In this document: in pieces, positions 54,005-64,000 of the stretch
How positions within the stretch are numbered: position 1 is the first letter of the stretch
Layout of the letters: the number at the start of each line of letters is the position of its first letter
DNA from: Alphaproteobacteria bacterium
GTDB lineage: Bacteria > Pseudomonadota > Alphaproteobacteria > UBA2966
Direction: 5' to 3'
DNA length: 64,000 nucleotides
NCBI GenBank assembly: GCA_964291395.2
Contig: OZ219858.1
Location: 192,001 to 256,000 of the forward strand
Notes under the pieces: generated by a model
The model's database searches: none
What the model saw: only the letters and a program-made list of their open reading frames with translations
Told to the model about the DNA's origin: nothing
Program-made: the position numbers and the translations under genes

Positions 54005-54707
54005 TCCAACGGCTCCTTCCCACGGACAGTCCAGATTCGCCGAGCCGCGGGAGCTGCGGCACGTCAGAACCTGGATCTTCGATCTCGACAACACGCTCTA
54101 TCCCGCACGCTGCAGGCTTTTCGATCAGGTCGACCGGAAGATCGGCGAGTACGTGGCCTCGTACTTTCAGATCGACGCCGAAACCGCACGCCATCGACAG
54201 AAGGCGTTCTATCACAGCCACGGCAGCACCCTGCGCGGCATGATGTTCCTTCACGACATGGAACCCGATGGCTACCTGGAATATGTGCATGACATCGATC
54301 TCTCGCCCGTTGATCCGGATCCTCTGTTGAACGAGGTTCTGTCGCGGCTCCCGGGCCGTAAGCTGATCTTCACGAGTGCGACGTCGGCGCACGCGGAGCG
54401 TGTGACCCGGCGGCTGGGTGTCGACCATCATTTCGAAGAGATCTTCGACGTCGTTGCCGCCGACTACACCCCAAAGCCGCACGCCGAGACTTATGATCGG
54501 TTTCTGGAGCGACACGCGGTCGACCCGACGGAATCGGTGTTCTTCGACGACATTCCGCGCAACCTCAAGCCGGCGGCGGACATCGGCATGACCACGGTGT
54601 GGATCCCGGGGCACCACGGATGGGCACAGCCCGACGACGATGATGGGTACATTCACTACGTGGCGGAGCACCTCGCCCACTGGCTCGACGTCGCCGTGCC
54701 CGCATAA
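53994..54707 (+). CDS. Pyrimidine 5'-nucleotidase (HAD family)
   Basis: [27 protein letters not shown]; usual position after argB. Confidence 0.88.
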   Translation: MASSPTAPSHGQSRFAEPRELRHVRTWIFDLDNTLYPARCRLFDQVDRKIGEYVASYFQIDAETARHRQKAFYHSHGSTLRGMMFLHDMEPDGYLEYVHDIDLSPVDPDPLLNEVLSRLPGRKLIFTSATSAHAERVTRRLGVDHHFEEIFDVVAADYTPKPHAETYDRFLERHAVDPTESVFFDDIPRNLKPAADIGMTTVWIPGHHGWAQPDDDDGYIHYVAEHLAHWLDVAVPA

Positions 54708-54725
54708 CCTGCGCTTCGGGCTCGG

Positions 54726-54753
54726 TTGACAGAGGACATCCCCCAACTATGTT
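54726..54753 (+). promoter_or_regulatory. Candidate sigma70 promoter of dapD-dapE
   Basis: TTGACA-N16-TATGTT. Confidence 0.5.
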
Positions 54754-54789
54754 CGGGCCTCGCTCGGGACTCGGGAAAAGGGAATGGTG

Positions 54790-55635
54790 ATGGCGACATC
54801 CGATCTGCAGGAAACGATCGAAGCGGCCTACGAGGACCGGAATTCGATTTCGCCCGAGACCTCGGGACCGGTTCGCGAGGCCATCGACACGGCCTTGGAC
54901 GGTCTCGATTCCGGCACCCTGCGCGTTGCCGAGAAGTCGGGCCATGGGTGGATCGTCAACCAATGGCTGAAGATGGCTGTCTTGCTGTCGTTCCGTCTCT
55001 ATGACATGGCGCCGATCGCCGGCGGACCGGGCGGGAACACCCCTTGGTTCGACAAGGTCTCCTCGAAGTTCGCCAATTGGGATGAAGCCCGGTTTCGCGA
55101 TGCCGGTTTTCGTGCCGTTCCGAATTGCGTGGTCCGGAGATCGGCGTACATCGCACCCGGCGTGATCCTCATGCCCTGTTTCGTCAATCTCGGCGCCTAT
55201 GTCGACTCGGGGACGATGGTGGACACCTGGGCGACCGTCGGCAGCTGCGCCCAGGTTGGCAAGAACTGTCATATCTCGGGGGGTGCCGGAATCGGTGGCG
55301 TATTGGAACCGTTGCAGGCCAACCCTGTAATCATCGAGGACAATTGCTTCATCGGGGCCCGTTCGGAGGTCGCCGAAGGCGTGATCGTCGAAGAAGGGGC
55401 CGTTCTTTCCATGGGTGTCTATATCGGCGCCTCGACCCGGATCGTGGATCGGGACAGCGGCGAGGTGGTCTACGGCAGGGTACCGGCATATTCCGTCGTC
55501 GTGCCGGGCTCCATGCCCGGCCGGAATCTCGCCGACGGATCGCCGGGTCCCTCGCTCTATTGCGCCGTGATCGTCAAGCGCGTCGACGCCGGAACACGTG
55601 CGAAGACGTCGATCAACGAACTCCTGCGCGACTGA
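54790..55635 (+). CDS. dapD: Tetrahydrodipicolinate N-succinyltransferase
   Basis: [41 protein letters not shown]. Confidence 0.96.
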   Translation: MATSDLQETIEAAYEDRNSISPETSGPVREAIDTALDGLDSGTLRVAEKSGHGWIVNQWLKMAVLLSFRLYDMAPIAGGPGGNTPWFDKVSSKFANWDEARFRDAGFRAVPNCVVRRSAYIAPGVILMPCFVNLGAYVDSGTMVDTWATVGSCAQVGKNCHISGGAGIGGVLEPLQANPVIIEDNCFIGARSEVAEGVIVEEGAVLSMGVYIGASTRIVDRDSGEVVYGRVPAYSVVVPGSMPGRNLADGSPGPSLYCAVIVKRVDAGTRAKTSINELLRD

Positions 55636-55666
55636 TCGCGGTTCGCCGGCCGGGAAGAGCGGACTC

Positions 55667-56827
55667 ATGCCCCTCCCCCTCGACATCGACGCGACGGAGC
55701 TCGCTGCCCGCATGATCCGATGTCCGAGCGTGACGCCTGCGGACGAAGGCGCCCTGGATGTCCTGCAGGAGGAACTGCAAGGCCTGGGATTCGAGTGCTG
55801 GCGTCTGCCGTTTTCCGAGCCCGGCGCGGCCGATGTCGACAACCTTTACGCCCGGCTCGGCAACGGCGCCCCCGCCTTTTGCTTTGCCGGGCACACGGAT
55901 GTCGTACCGGTCGGCGATGCGGGCCAGTGGCAGTCCGATCCGTTCTCCGGCGAAATCCGTGACGGCGTCCTGTATGGTCGCGGGGCCGCCGACATGAAAG
56001 GCGCGATCGCCTGCTTCGTCTCCGCGGTGGCCCGGTTTCTGAGGGGCGGCGAGCGCGACTGGCAGGGTTCGATCTGCATGCTGATAACCGGGGATGAGGA
56101 GGGTCCGGCCGTCAACGGCACCAGGAAGGTGCTCCGATGGATGGCTGAGAACGGCGAGTCCATCGACGTCTGCCTCGTGGGCGAGCCCACCAATCCCGAG
56201 AACATCGGCGACATGATCAAGATCGGGCGGCGGGGGTCGATGGTCGGTCGACTGGGCGTCGAAGGTGTTCAGGGACACGCCGCCTATCCCCACCTTGCGG
56301 ACAACCCCATACCGCGGCTGGTCGCCATGCTTCGGGTACTCACCGAGACGGCCCTCGACGAGGGCAGCGAGCATTTTCAACCATCGACGATCGCCGTGAC
56401 GTCCGTGGACGTCGGGAATCCCGCAACCAACGTCATTCCCGCAAGCGCGTGGGCGACTTTCAACATACGGTTCAACGATGCGCATACCGGTGCGTCGCTC
56501 GAAGCGTGGCTGCGGGAACGGTTCGACAAGGTGGGCGGGGTTTACACGCTGGACGTCTCGGTCAGCGGCGAGGCATTCCTGACCAAGCCGGGCATGTTCT
56601 CCACGACCGTCGCGACCGCCGTCGAGCGCGTGCTCGGCGTAAGGCCCGAACTCGGCACGAGCGGTGGAACCTCCGACGCCCGATTCATCAAGGACCATGC
56701 GGAGATCGCGGAATTCGGTCTCGTCGGACGCACGATGCATAAGGTGGACGAGCGCATCGCGATCTCCGACCTGGCGAAACTCACCAAAGTCTACAACGCG
56801 ATCCTCGACGACTTCTTCGCCGCCTGA
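55667..56827 (+). CDS. dapE: Succinyl-diaminopimelate desuccinylase
   Basis: [43 protein letters not shown]. Confidence 0.95.
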   Translation: MPLPLDIDATELAARMIRCPSVTPADEGALDVLQEELQGLGFECWRLPFSEPGAADVDNLYARLGNGAPAFCFAGHTDVVPVGDAGQWQSDPFSGEIRDGVLYGRGAADMKGAIACFVSAVARFLRGGERDWQGSICMLITGDEEGPAVNGTRKVLRWMAENGESIDVCLVGEPTNPENIGDMIKIGRRGSMVGRLGVEGVQGHAAYPHLADNPIPRLVAMLRVLTETALDEGSEHFQPSTIAVTSVDVGNPATNVIPASAWATFNIRFNDAHTGASLEAWLRERFDKVGGVYTLDVSVSGEAFLTKPGMFSTTVATAVERVLGVRPELGTSGGTSDARFIKDHAEIAEFGLVGRTMHKVDERIAISDLAKLTKVYNAILDDFFAA

Positions 56828-56845
56828 GGCGGCCGCCACATGCCA

Positions 56846-57400
56846 ATGGGCCAGGAAATCCTCAATTCGGTCTTCGGCGCCTATCGTCTCGCGCTGCTCG
56901 ACGCCTCCGCCTTGCGTTGGTTCTCGGTGTCGGTGCCCGGATTCTGGCGCTCGTTCACGGCGGCCCTCGTGGTCGCCCCGCCGTTCGCGCTCATCGTGGC
57001 ACTGCGGTTCGATCCGCAAAGCACGACCGTCGAAAGCTACTGGCTCGTCGAGTCCGTGACCTACGCCCTCGGATGGGCCGTGTTTCCGATCGTCATGGTC
57101 CCGGTATGCTGGGCGTTATCCCTGGGCGGCCACTACATCACCTACATCATCGTCTACAACTGGTCGGCGGTCGTGCAGGTCGGTGCGATTCTGCCGGTCG
57201 TCATCGTCGACGCGGCCGGGATGTTGCCGGCGATGGTAAGTACCCTGCTCGGCCTGCTGGTTACCGGTGCCCTGCTCTTCTATCAGTGGTTCATCGCACG
57301 CACCGCCCTGCAAGCATCCCCGCTACTGGCGATGATCGTCGTGGCGCTCGACCTTTCGCTGGGACTGGTCGTCACGCTCGGAATCGAGCGGCTCCTTTAG
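56846..57400 (+). CDS. Hypothetical membrane protein
   Basis: Several hydrophobic helices; GFWRSF and YNW motifs; co-oriented after dapE. Confidence 0.7.
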   Translation: MGQEILNSVFGAYRLALLDASALRWFSVSVPGFWRSFTAALVVAPPFALIVALRFDPQSTTVESYWLVESVTYALGWAVFPIVMVPVCWALSLGGHYITYIIVYNWSAVVQVGAILPVVIVDAAGMLPAMVSTLLGLLVTGALLFYQWFIARTALQASPLLAMIVVALDLSLGLVVTLGIERLL

Positions 57401-57421
57401 CCCCGCCGGAAGATGGGCCCG

Positions 57422-58162
57422 TCAGTCATAATCGACCCTGACGAGGTAGAGGCCCCGTGCCGGCGCCGTAGGTCCGGCGCGTGAGCGGTCTCGCGCCGCC
57501 AGAGCTCCGGCAACGTCGGCGATACGCCACTTGCCTTCTCCCACGAGCTTCAGGGTGCCCGTCATCGCTCGGACCTGGTGGTGCAGGAACGACCGCGCGG
57601 ACACGTTCACTTCGATCTCCTCGCCGCGCCGGTCGACCCGCAGGAAGTCGAGGGTCTTGACGGGCGAGGTCGACTGGCACTGCGCTGCCCGGAAAGTCTT
57701 GAAATCGTGTCGGCCGACGAGCGCTTGGGCGGCCTCGTGCATGGCGGCCGCGTCGAGCGCGACGGGGACGTGCCAGATCCGGTCCCGCGCGATCGTCGGG
57801 CGTGCCGTGCGATTCAATATGCGATAGCGATAGTGGCGGGCCGTTGCCGAAAAGCGTGCGTGGAACCGCTCATCCACCTCATCGACACCGAGCACCGCGA
57901 TGGGAGCCGGCTGGAGATGGAAGTTGATGGCGTTCTGTACCGTGTGGGTCCGGTGATCGCGTGACAGGTCTACGTGAACTATCTGCCCCAGGGCGTGCAC
58001 ACCGGCATCGGTCCGGCCCGCCGCGTGCAACGTGACCTTGTCACCGCAGAATCGTTCGATCGCCCGTTCCAGGCATTCCTGCACCGAGAGGCCGTTGGCT
58101 TGGCGCTGCCAGCCGTGGAAGGGTGTCCCGTCGTATTCGACGGTCAACTTGTAGCGGGGCAT
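57422..58162 (-). CDS. truA: tRNA pseudouridine(38-40) synthase
   Basis: [34 protein letters not shown]. Confidence 0.96.
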   Translation of the reverse strand: MPRYKLTVEYDGTPFHGWQRQANGLSVQECLERAIERFCGDKVTLHAAGRTDAGVHALGQIVHVDLSRDHRTHTVQNAINFHLQPAPIAVLGVDEVDERFHARFSATARHYRYRILNRTARPTIARDRIWHVPVALDAAAMHEAAQALVGRHDFKTFRAAQCQSTSPVKTLDFLRVDRRGEEIEVNVSARSFLHHQVRAMTGTLKLVGEGKWRIADVAGALAARDRSRAGPTAPARGLYLVRVDYD

Positions 58163-58166
58163 GCTC

Positions 58167-59090
58167 TCAGCCTAGCTGCGTGCCTGTCGGCAGCGACCGT
58201 CCGCGCAGGAATGCATGGGCGTCCATCGCCCTGCGGCCTTCACGCTGGATCCGATCGAGGCGCAGCGCGCCGTCGCCGCAGGCGACGGTAAGCAGGTCAT
58301 CCAGGACTTCGCCCGGCGTGCCCGAAGACTCGTTCATCTTCGTGCATGCGAACACCTTGATACGCTCTCCATCGTGGCGAAACCAGGCGCTGGGCGCCGG
58401 CGCAAGCGCCCTGATCTGGTGATCGATCTCGTCCGCGGAACGCTGCCAGTCGATCTCCTCTTCCGAACGCTCGATTTTTCGCGCGTACGTCGCACCCTCC
58501 TTGGACTGAACCGTCGGTTCGAGGGTCCCCTCCGGCAACTTGGAAAGGGATTCGACGATCGATTCGGCACCCAATTGGGCCAAACGGTCGTGCAGGGAGC
58601 CCGCAGTTTCTTCGGATGAAACGGGGATGCGGCGCTGGAGATACACGGGACCGGTATCCAGCCCCTCGTCCATCAACATGATGCTGACCCCCGACTCGGT
58701 ATCGCCGGCCATCAGCGCACGCTGGATGGGCGCCGCGCCGCGCCAGCGCGGCAGGAGAGACGCATGGACGTTGAGACAGCCGAGGCGTGGGATGTCGAGC
58801 ACGGGCTTCGGCAGAACAACCCCGTAAGCCACGACGACGATGGCGTCGGGGTTGAGCGACGTCAAGAAGCGGCGCTCTTCCTCCGCACGCAAGGTCTCGG
58901 GAGCTCGAACCGCGATGCCGAGCCGGGTCGCGGACTCGTGCACCGGCGTGGGTCGGGCATGCTTTCCTCGACCGGTCTGCCGCGGAGGCCGCGTGTACAC
59001 CTGCGCCACGTCGTGACCGGCATCGATCAACGCTGACAGAGACGGCACCGCGAAATCCGGCGTGCCCATGAATATCAGCCGAAGCGCCAT
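58167..59090 (-). CDS. fmt: Methionyl-tRNA formyltransferase
   Basis: [31 protein letters not shown]. Confidence 0.96.
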   Translation of the reverse strand: MALRLIFMGTPDFAVPSLSALIDAGHDVAQVYTRPPRQTGRGKHARPTPVHESATRLGIAVRAPETLRAEEERRFLTSLNPDAIVVVAYGVVLPKPVLDIPRLGCLNVHASLLPRWRGAAPIQRALMAGDTESGVSIMLMDEGLDTGPVYLQRRIPVSSEETAGSLHDRLAQLGAESIVESLSKLPEGTLEPTVQSKEGATYARKIERSEEEIDWQRSADEIDHQIRALAPAPSAWFRHDGERIKVFACTKMNESSGTPGEVLDDLLTVACGDGALRLDRIQREGRRAMDAHAFLRGRSLPTGTQLG

Positions 59091-59091
59091 G

Positions 59092-59616
59092 TCAGGCCGT
59101 GGCGTATTGCGCCTGTTTGCGTGCCTTCGCGAGCTTGCGAACAATCATGTTCCGCTTTACGGCGGAGAGGTGATCCACGAACAGAATGCCTTCGAGATGG
59201 TCCATCTCGTGTTGAATGCACGTCGAAAGTATCTCGCAGGCATGAATTTCACGCCGCACGTTGTCGTAATCGACATAACTGACCTTCACTTCCGAAGGGC
59301 GAACGACGCCCGCGTACTGATCCGGCAGGGACAGGCAGCCTTCCTCTCGCTCCAGGAATTCATCCGACGACCACACGATTTCAGGATTGACGAGAAAGAG
59401 AGGTCCTTCCGGCTGTGTCTCCCGGCCCAGGTCTACGACGATCGCGCGCCTGGGGATCCCCACCTGGATGGCGGCCAGTCCGATGCCCGGAGCCGCGTAC
59501 ATGGTCTCCAACATGTCGTCGAGCAACTGGCGGACCCCGTCGTCGACGCTCTCGACCTTCTCGGAGGTTACTTTCAGCTTCGCGTTGGGCGCTGCGATGA
59601 TGGGCAATATGGTCAT
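59092..59616 (-). CDS. def: Peptide deformylase
   Basis: GIGLAAIQ, EGCLS, QHEMDHL. Confidence 0.97.
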   Translation of the reverse strand: MTILPIIAAPNAKLKVTSEKVESVDDGVRQLLDDMLETMYAAPGIGLAAIQVGIPRRAIVVDLGRETQPEGPLFLVNPEIVWSSDEFLEREEGCLSLPDQYAGVVRPSEVKVSYVDYDNVRREIHACEILSTCIQHEMDHLEGILFVDHLSAVKRNMIVRKLAKARKQAQYATA

Positions 59617-59863
59617 GAATCTTCGTATCCGGCGCTTGGTAGCGACTTCCTTACCCCAGGTCGCATCTCAGGCGAAAGAGGCAAACGCTCCTTCGCCGAG
59701 AATCGATCGACCATATGGATTCCCCTCCTGAAGTCCGAGGTTGGATATAATATGGCGTCACGGGGGATGGCACTTGGTCGGACTGAAGTCATGACACGCG
59801 CCGGCCTCGATCCATTCACACCTCTTCTCACAGACCTCCGTCCGACAGGATTAAGACAGAGCA

Positions 59864-60619
59864 ATGCCCAAGGAAGCAACGCAGCTCGTTCTCCCCACCG
59901 ACGCGACATTCGACGCATCGACGGCCGGTGTATTCTCGGACCGGCGCACTATCGAGGCACCGCCATTTCCCCTGCCGCCGCAGTTGAAGCCAAACACGCG
60001 GCTCGTCATGGACGGGCTCGAGTTCTTGTCCCTTCTGCCCGATAACGCCGTGCCCGTGGCGTTCTTCGACCCTCAGTACCGCGGAGTTCTCGACAAACTA
60101 TCCTATGGCAATGAGGGCGTGGATCGCGGGCAACGGCGTTGTGCGCTCCAGCAAATGTCCGAGGCGACGATCGCGACGTTCATCCTCGACATCGGCCGCG
60201 TGCTGGTACCGTCCGGCCACCTGTTTCTCTGGGTCGACAAGTTCCATCTATGCGAAGGATTCAAGGCCTGGCTGGACGGAACGGCACTCGGCATCGTTGA
60301 CCTCGTAACCTGGGACAAGGGCAAGATGGGAATGGGGTATCGCACTCGCCGGACGGCGGAATACTGCGCCGTTTTGCAGAAGCGACCGCACAAAGCCAAG
60401 GGCGTATGGAAGATCCACAACATCGCTGACGTGTGGCGTGAGAAGGTGGTGAAGACAGGCCATCCGCATAGTAAGCCGGTTGATCTGCAAGGTGAGTTGA
60501 TGGCCGCCGTGTCTAACGAAGGAGATTTTGTGATCGACCCGGCGGCCGGATCGTTCTCCGTTCTGCAGGCGGCGAGAAACCGCCGCCGCACTTTCCTGGG
60601 CTGCGACTTGGACGGATGA
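59864..60619 (+). CDS. N4/N6 DNA methyltransferase (beta class), orphan
   Basis: Catalytic FFDPQY before HPHSKP and the SAM-binding DPAAGS; ends GCDL. Confidence 0.85.
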   Translation: MPKEATQLVLPTDATFDASTAGVFSDRRTIEAPPFPLPPQLKPNTRLVMDGLEFLSLLPDNAVPVAFFDPQYRGVLDKLSYGNEGVDRGQRRCALQQMSEATIATFILDIGRVLVPSGHLFLWVDKFHLCEGFKAWLDGTALGIVDLVTWDKGKMGMGYRTRRTAEYCAVLQKRPHKAKGVWKIHNIADVWREKVVKTGHPHSKPVDLQGELMAAVSNEGDFVIDPAAGSFSVLQAARNRRRTFLGCDLDG

Positions 60620-60789
60620 TCTTGCCGCCGCAGGATGGATTTTTGCAGGAGCGGCGCGCCCTTCGCCACTTCTTGCCGCGGCTTTTGTCCAATGTTGGAA
60701 AGGTACGCCCCGCCTCCCGCTAATCACGGCAGCAGCGGACTCCATATGCGTGGTATGGTGGTGGCGATGCATCGCCGGAATACACGTTG

Positions 60790-61869
60790 ATGGACGCGAC
60801 CAGTCTCGTCATCGTCGCCGTCGTGGCCGCCGTACCGCTGGCCGGCGCCGTTTTCCTCGCCATGTTCCTGATCGGCGCTCAACGGGAGATGAGCGGTCGC
60901 ATCGCTCAGATCGCGGAGAGTACGGCGGCGAACCAGGCGGATCTACGGCGCACGCTTGACGAGCGCCTCGACGGCGTTACCCGCAGACTGGGTGAAGGAT
61001 TGGAACAGTCGGCGACCCGCACCGCGGAAACGCTGGGCGATCTCAAAAAGCACCTCAATGTCCTCGACGCGGCACAGAAGAACATCACGGAACTGAGCGG
61101 GCACGTCGTCGGACTACAGGACATCCTCGCCAACAAGCAGGCGCGAGGTGCCTTCGGAGAGATCCAGCTCCACGATCTCGTGCAGTCCGCGCTGCCGCCG
61201 TCGGCCTACGAGTTCCAGGCCACATTATCGAACAACCGGCGTGCGGATTGTTTGATCAAACTTCCCAACCCGCCCGGGCCGATCGTCGTGGACGCGAAGT
61301 TTCCGCTCGAGAGCTATCACGCCCTGCGATCGGCAGAGAACGAAACGGCTCGGACGGCGGCTGCACGATCGTTCGCGCAGGACATTCTGAAGCATGTCGG
61401 CGACATAGCGGACCGGTACATCGTTCCCGGCGAGACGGCGGAGTCGGCGCTGATGTTCCTTCCCGCTGAAGCCGTCTACGCGGAGCTTCACGCCAACTTT
61501 CCGGGCACGCTCGAACGGTCGTTTCGCCGCCGCGTGTGGATCGTCTCACCGACCACGCTGATGGCCACCCTCAATACGGTCCGCGCGATCCTTCGGGATG
61601 CACAAATGCGAGAGCAGGCCGGCGTCGTGCAGAGAGAGGTGCAGGCCCTGCTGAAGGATGTCCTCCGACTCGATGATCGGGTTTCCAAGCTTCACCGGCA
61701 TTTCGACCAGGCGGGAGAAGACATGCGCCAGATCCGCATCTCCACGGAGAAGGTGATCAAGCGGGGCGAAAACATCGAGAACCTTCAAATCGGCGATACG
61801 GAAGATGGCGTTGAAGGCCCGGACGCCCAAATCCATCGATTGCCGCCCCGGGAACGCGACGCGGGGTGA
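60790..61869 (+). CDS. rmuC: DNA recombination protein RmuC
   Basis: N-terminal TM, coiled coil, RGAFGE, DAKFP, MFLPAE, SPTTL. Confidence 0.93.
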   Translation: MDATSLVIVAVVAAVPLAGAVFLAMFLIGAQREMSGRIAQIAESTAANQADLRRTLDERLDGVTRRLGEGLEQSATRTAETLGDLKKHLNVLDAAQKNITELSGHVVGLQDILANKQARGAFGEIQLHDLVQSALPPSAYEFQATLSNNRRADCLIKLPNPPGPIVVDAKFPLESYHALRSAENETARTAAARSFAQDILKHVGDIADRYIVPGETAESALMFLPAEAVYAELHANFPGTLERSFRRRVWIVSPTTLMATLNTVRAILRDAQMREQAGVVQREVQALLKDVLRLDDRVSKLHRHFDQAGEDMRQIRISTEKVIKRGENIENLQIGDTEDGVEGPDAQIHRLPPRERDAG

Positions 61870-61870
61870 T

Positions 61871-62464
61871 CTACATCGGCCGGCGGGATTTCAGCGCCGC
61901 TCCAATGGTTCCATCATCGAGATAGTCGAGTTCGCCGCCCACGGGAACGCCGTGGGCGAGTTGCGACACCTTGACGTCGCACCCCGTGAGACAGTCGTGA
62001 ATGTAATGGGCCGTGGTCTGACCGTCGACGGTCGCGTTGAGGGCAAGGATGATTTCCTTGACCTCCGGTGTCCTCGCGCGGGTGATCAAGCTGGCAATGT
62101 TGAGATCCTCCGGTCCGACGCCGTCCAGCGCGGACAGCGTACCGCCCAGCACCTGATATCGGCCGCGAAACACACCGGCACGTTCCAATGCCCAAAGGTC
62201 CGCGACTTCTTCGACCACGCAGATCTGAGACGAATCCCGGCGGGCATCCACGCAGACCCGACAGGGGTCCTGGGCATCCAGGTTTCCACACATCGAGCAG
62301 GGATGAACGGCGCCCGCGACGGTGTTCAGGGCCTGGGCGAGCGGTTCGAGGAGCGTGTCCTTCCGCTTGATGAGATGCAAAGCGGCGCGGCGTGCGGAGC
62401 GCGGACCCAGACCGGGAATCCGGGCCAGCAGCTGGATCAGGCGTTCGATGTGACCGTCGCGCAT
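61871..62464 (-). CDS. recR: Recombination mediator RecR
   Basis: [11 protein letters not shown]4 zinc finger, [19 protein letters not shown]. Confidence 0.97.
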   Translation of the reverse strand: MRDGHIERLIQLLARIPGLGPRSARRAALHLIKRKDTLLEPLAQALNTVAGAVHPCSMCGNLDAQDPCRVCVDARRDSSQICVVEEVADLWALERAGVFRGRYQVLGGTLSALDGVGPEDLNIASLITRARTPEVKEIILALNATVDGQTTAHYIHDCLTGCDVKVSQLAHGVPVGGELDYLDDGTIGAALKSRRPM

Positions 62465-62483
62465 GCCGGGAGGGCGGATGCCA

Positions 62484-62807
62484 TCAAAACGGCAGCTTGA
62501 AGCCCGGCGGCAATTTGAGCGCGCCCGTCACCTTCGCCATCTCTTCTTGTACCAGCTCTTCCGCCTTGGCCTTCGCATCGTTGTGCGCGGCGACGATGAG
62601 GTCCTCAAGCACCTCCTTGTCGTCCCCTCCGAGCAGGGATGGATCGATTTGAATCATCCGCATGTCCCCTTTGCCGGACAACGTCACTTCGACCATCCCG
62701 CCACCTGAAGCCCCGGTGACCTGCATGGCCCCGATTCGCTCCTGGGCTTCACCCATCTTGGCCTGCATCTCCTGCGCCTGCTTCATCATGTCACCCAGGT
62801 TGGGCAT
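62484..62807 (-). CDS. ybaB: YbaB/EbfC nucleoid-associated protein
   Basis: [27 protein letters not shown]. Confidence 0.95.
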   Translation of the reverse strand: MPNLGDMMKQAQEMQAKMGEAQERIGAMQVTGASGGGMVEVTLSGKGDMRMIQIDPSLLGGDDKEVLEDLIVAAHNDAKAKAEELVQEEMAKVTGALKLPPGFKLPF

Positions 62808-62825
62808 GACAGCTCCTCTCAGTTC

Positions 62826-64000
62826 CTAAGATTCTTCCTCTTCCTTGAGGACCTCGGACATCTCGTCGGCGTCAGCGGACGGCACCAATGCCACGTCCCG
62901 GATCTCTCGGACCTCGGCGCCCGGAAAGGTGTCCAACGTCTTTCGCACCAATGGGTGTTGCTCGACCCGGGCGCGGCGATCCCGTTCCGCCGATACTGCC
63001 TGTTGGTTCAACGTCGGAGCGCCCTCGGCCGGCGAAACCGCAACCACCCAACGGCGTCCCGTGCCCTCGCTCAATAACGTTCCGAGACGGCTGGTCAGAT
63101 CGCGCTCGGCCTTGTCGTCCAATCTTAATTCGATCCGGCCGGGCTCGAAACTGACCAGATGAACATTGTTCCGTAAATTCGCCTCGAGGATCGGCTCCTT
63201 CATCTCACGAACGAAGGCGACGACGGAGTCGAAATCGGGCAGGGCCCGTCCGTGAGCCGGCTGCGAAGCCTTCTGCCCGGTCGGCACAGGCTCTGATTCC
63301 TGAGTGAGGGAGGGCACCGCCGTCACGGCCGCACTTTCGGCTGTGGCGTGAAGCGTGGCGTCCCCCGTAACCGAAGGCGTCGCCGCCGACCGAGCGACCG
63401 TGTCGGATGTATCGCCCGGTTCGGTGGCCATCGCGCCGCTGTCCGTCTCTCTCAGTTGACGAATGATCTCCGCCGGCGCGGGCAGACTCGCCGCGTAACC
63501 GAGACGCACGATGACCATTTCGGCCGCCGCGCTTGGAGAGGGTGCCGATCTCACCTCGCTCAACCCCTTGAGCAGCATCTGCCAGGCCCGGGTCAGTATC
63601 GGCATGGAGAGATCGGTCGCCATGCGCTCGCCGCGCGTTCGATCTGTCTCGGCCACGGTGGGATCCTCGAGCGAGTCCGGAACCACCTTTACCCGAGTCA
63701 GCCAATGGGTCAGCGTGAGAAGGTCCTCCACGATGAGGTCGGGTTCGGCTCCCGCGCCGACGAGTTCGCTGAATGTACCCAGTGCCGCGGCGACGTGGCC
63801 GTGCAACACCTGTTCCAACAGCCCGTACATTTGGACGCGATCGGCCAGACCCAGCATGTCCCGAACGCGGTCGACCGAGACGTCCTCGCCCGCCAGTGTT
63901 GCGGCCTGGTCGAGAAGCGACAGGGCGTCGCGCACCGATCCTTCCGCCGCTCGGGCGATGATATCCAGCGCGCCCCTTTCGATCTCGATGACTTCGTGCT
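62826..64000 (-). CDS. dnaX: DNA polymerase III gamma/tau subunit (5' part outside window)
   Basis: GSVRDALSLLDQ, RAWQMLLKG, alphaproteobacterial C-terminus FPGAEV; dnaX-ybaB-recR order. Confidence 0.95.
   Translation of the reverse strand, partial: HEVIEIERGALDIIARAAEGSVRDALSLLDQAATLAGEDVSVDRVRDMLGLADRVQMYGLLEQVLHGHVAAALGTFSELVGAGAEPDLIVEDLLTLTHWLTRVKVVPDSLEDPTVAETDRTRGERMATDLSMPILTRAWQMLLKGLSEVRSAPSPSAAAEMVIVRLGYAASLPAPAEIIRQLRETDSGAMATEPGDTSDTVARSAATPSVTGDATLHATAESAAVTAVPSLTQESEPVPTGQKASQPAHGRALPDFDSVVAFVREMKEPILEANLRNNVHLVSFEPGRIELRLDDKAERDLTSRLGTLLSEGTGRRWVVAVSPAEGAPTLNQQAVSAERDRRARVEQHPLVRKTLDTFPGAEVREIRDVALVPSADADEMSEVLKEEEES

Noticed and set aside
62826-64000. Programmed -1 frameshift in dnaX
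   Set aside because: No A-AAA-AAG or poly-A slippery site is visible in the part present in this window.

Overview
High-GC alphaproteobacterial chromosome segment (gene order and protein style suggest a Rhodospirillales-like organism; inference only). It is mostly housekeeping: ffh-rpsP-rimM-trmD-rplS-leuCDB-asd, pdxY, sdhCDAB-zapE, pyrD, class I lysS, DinG helicase, apaG-folE-trkH-argE, argD-argF, rpmH-rnpA-yidD-yidC-engB-argB-dapD-dapE, def-fmt-truA, rmuC and dnaX-ybaB-recR, plus tRNA-Gly(CCC) and tRNA-Arg(ACG). A patchwork of accessory genes lies at about 21.3-32.9 kb. The best finding is missed by the ORF track: a 73-codon Rdx/SelW-type gene at 32656-32877 with an in-frame UGA in a CxxU motif and a SECIS-like hairpin, i.e. 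a probable selenoprotein. Other points of interest are an AT-richer two-gene Fic toxin/antitoxin-like module, an orphan DPQY-type DNA methyltransferase, an uncharacterised epimerase/ABM/ThDP-enzyme operon, apparent frameshifts in rpsP (collapsed 45-bp repeat) and yidC, a likely CTG start for tam, and two gene remnants. I saw no CRISPR array, rRNA, transposase, integrase or prophage. All product calls come from motif recognition by eye, not from database searches.
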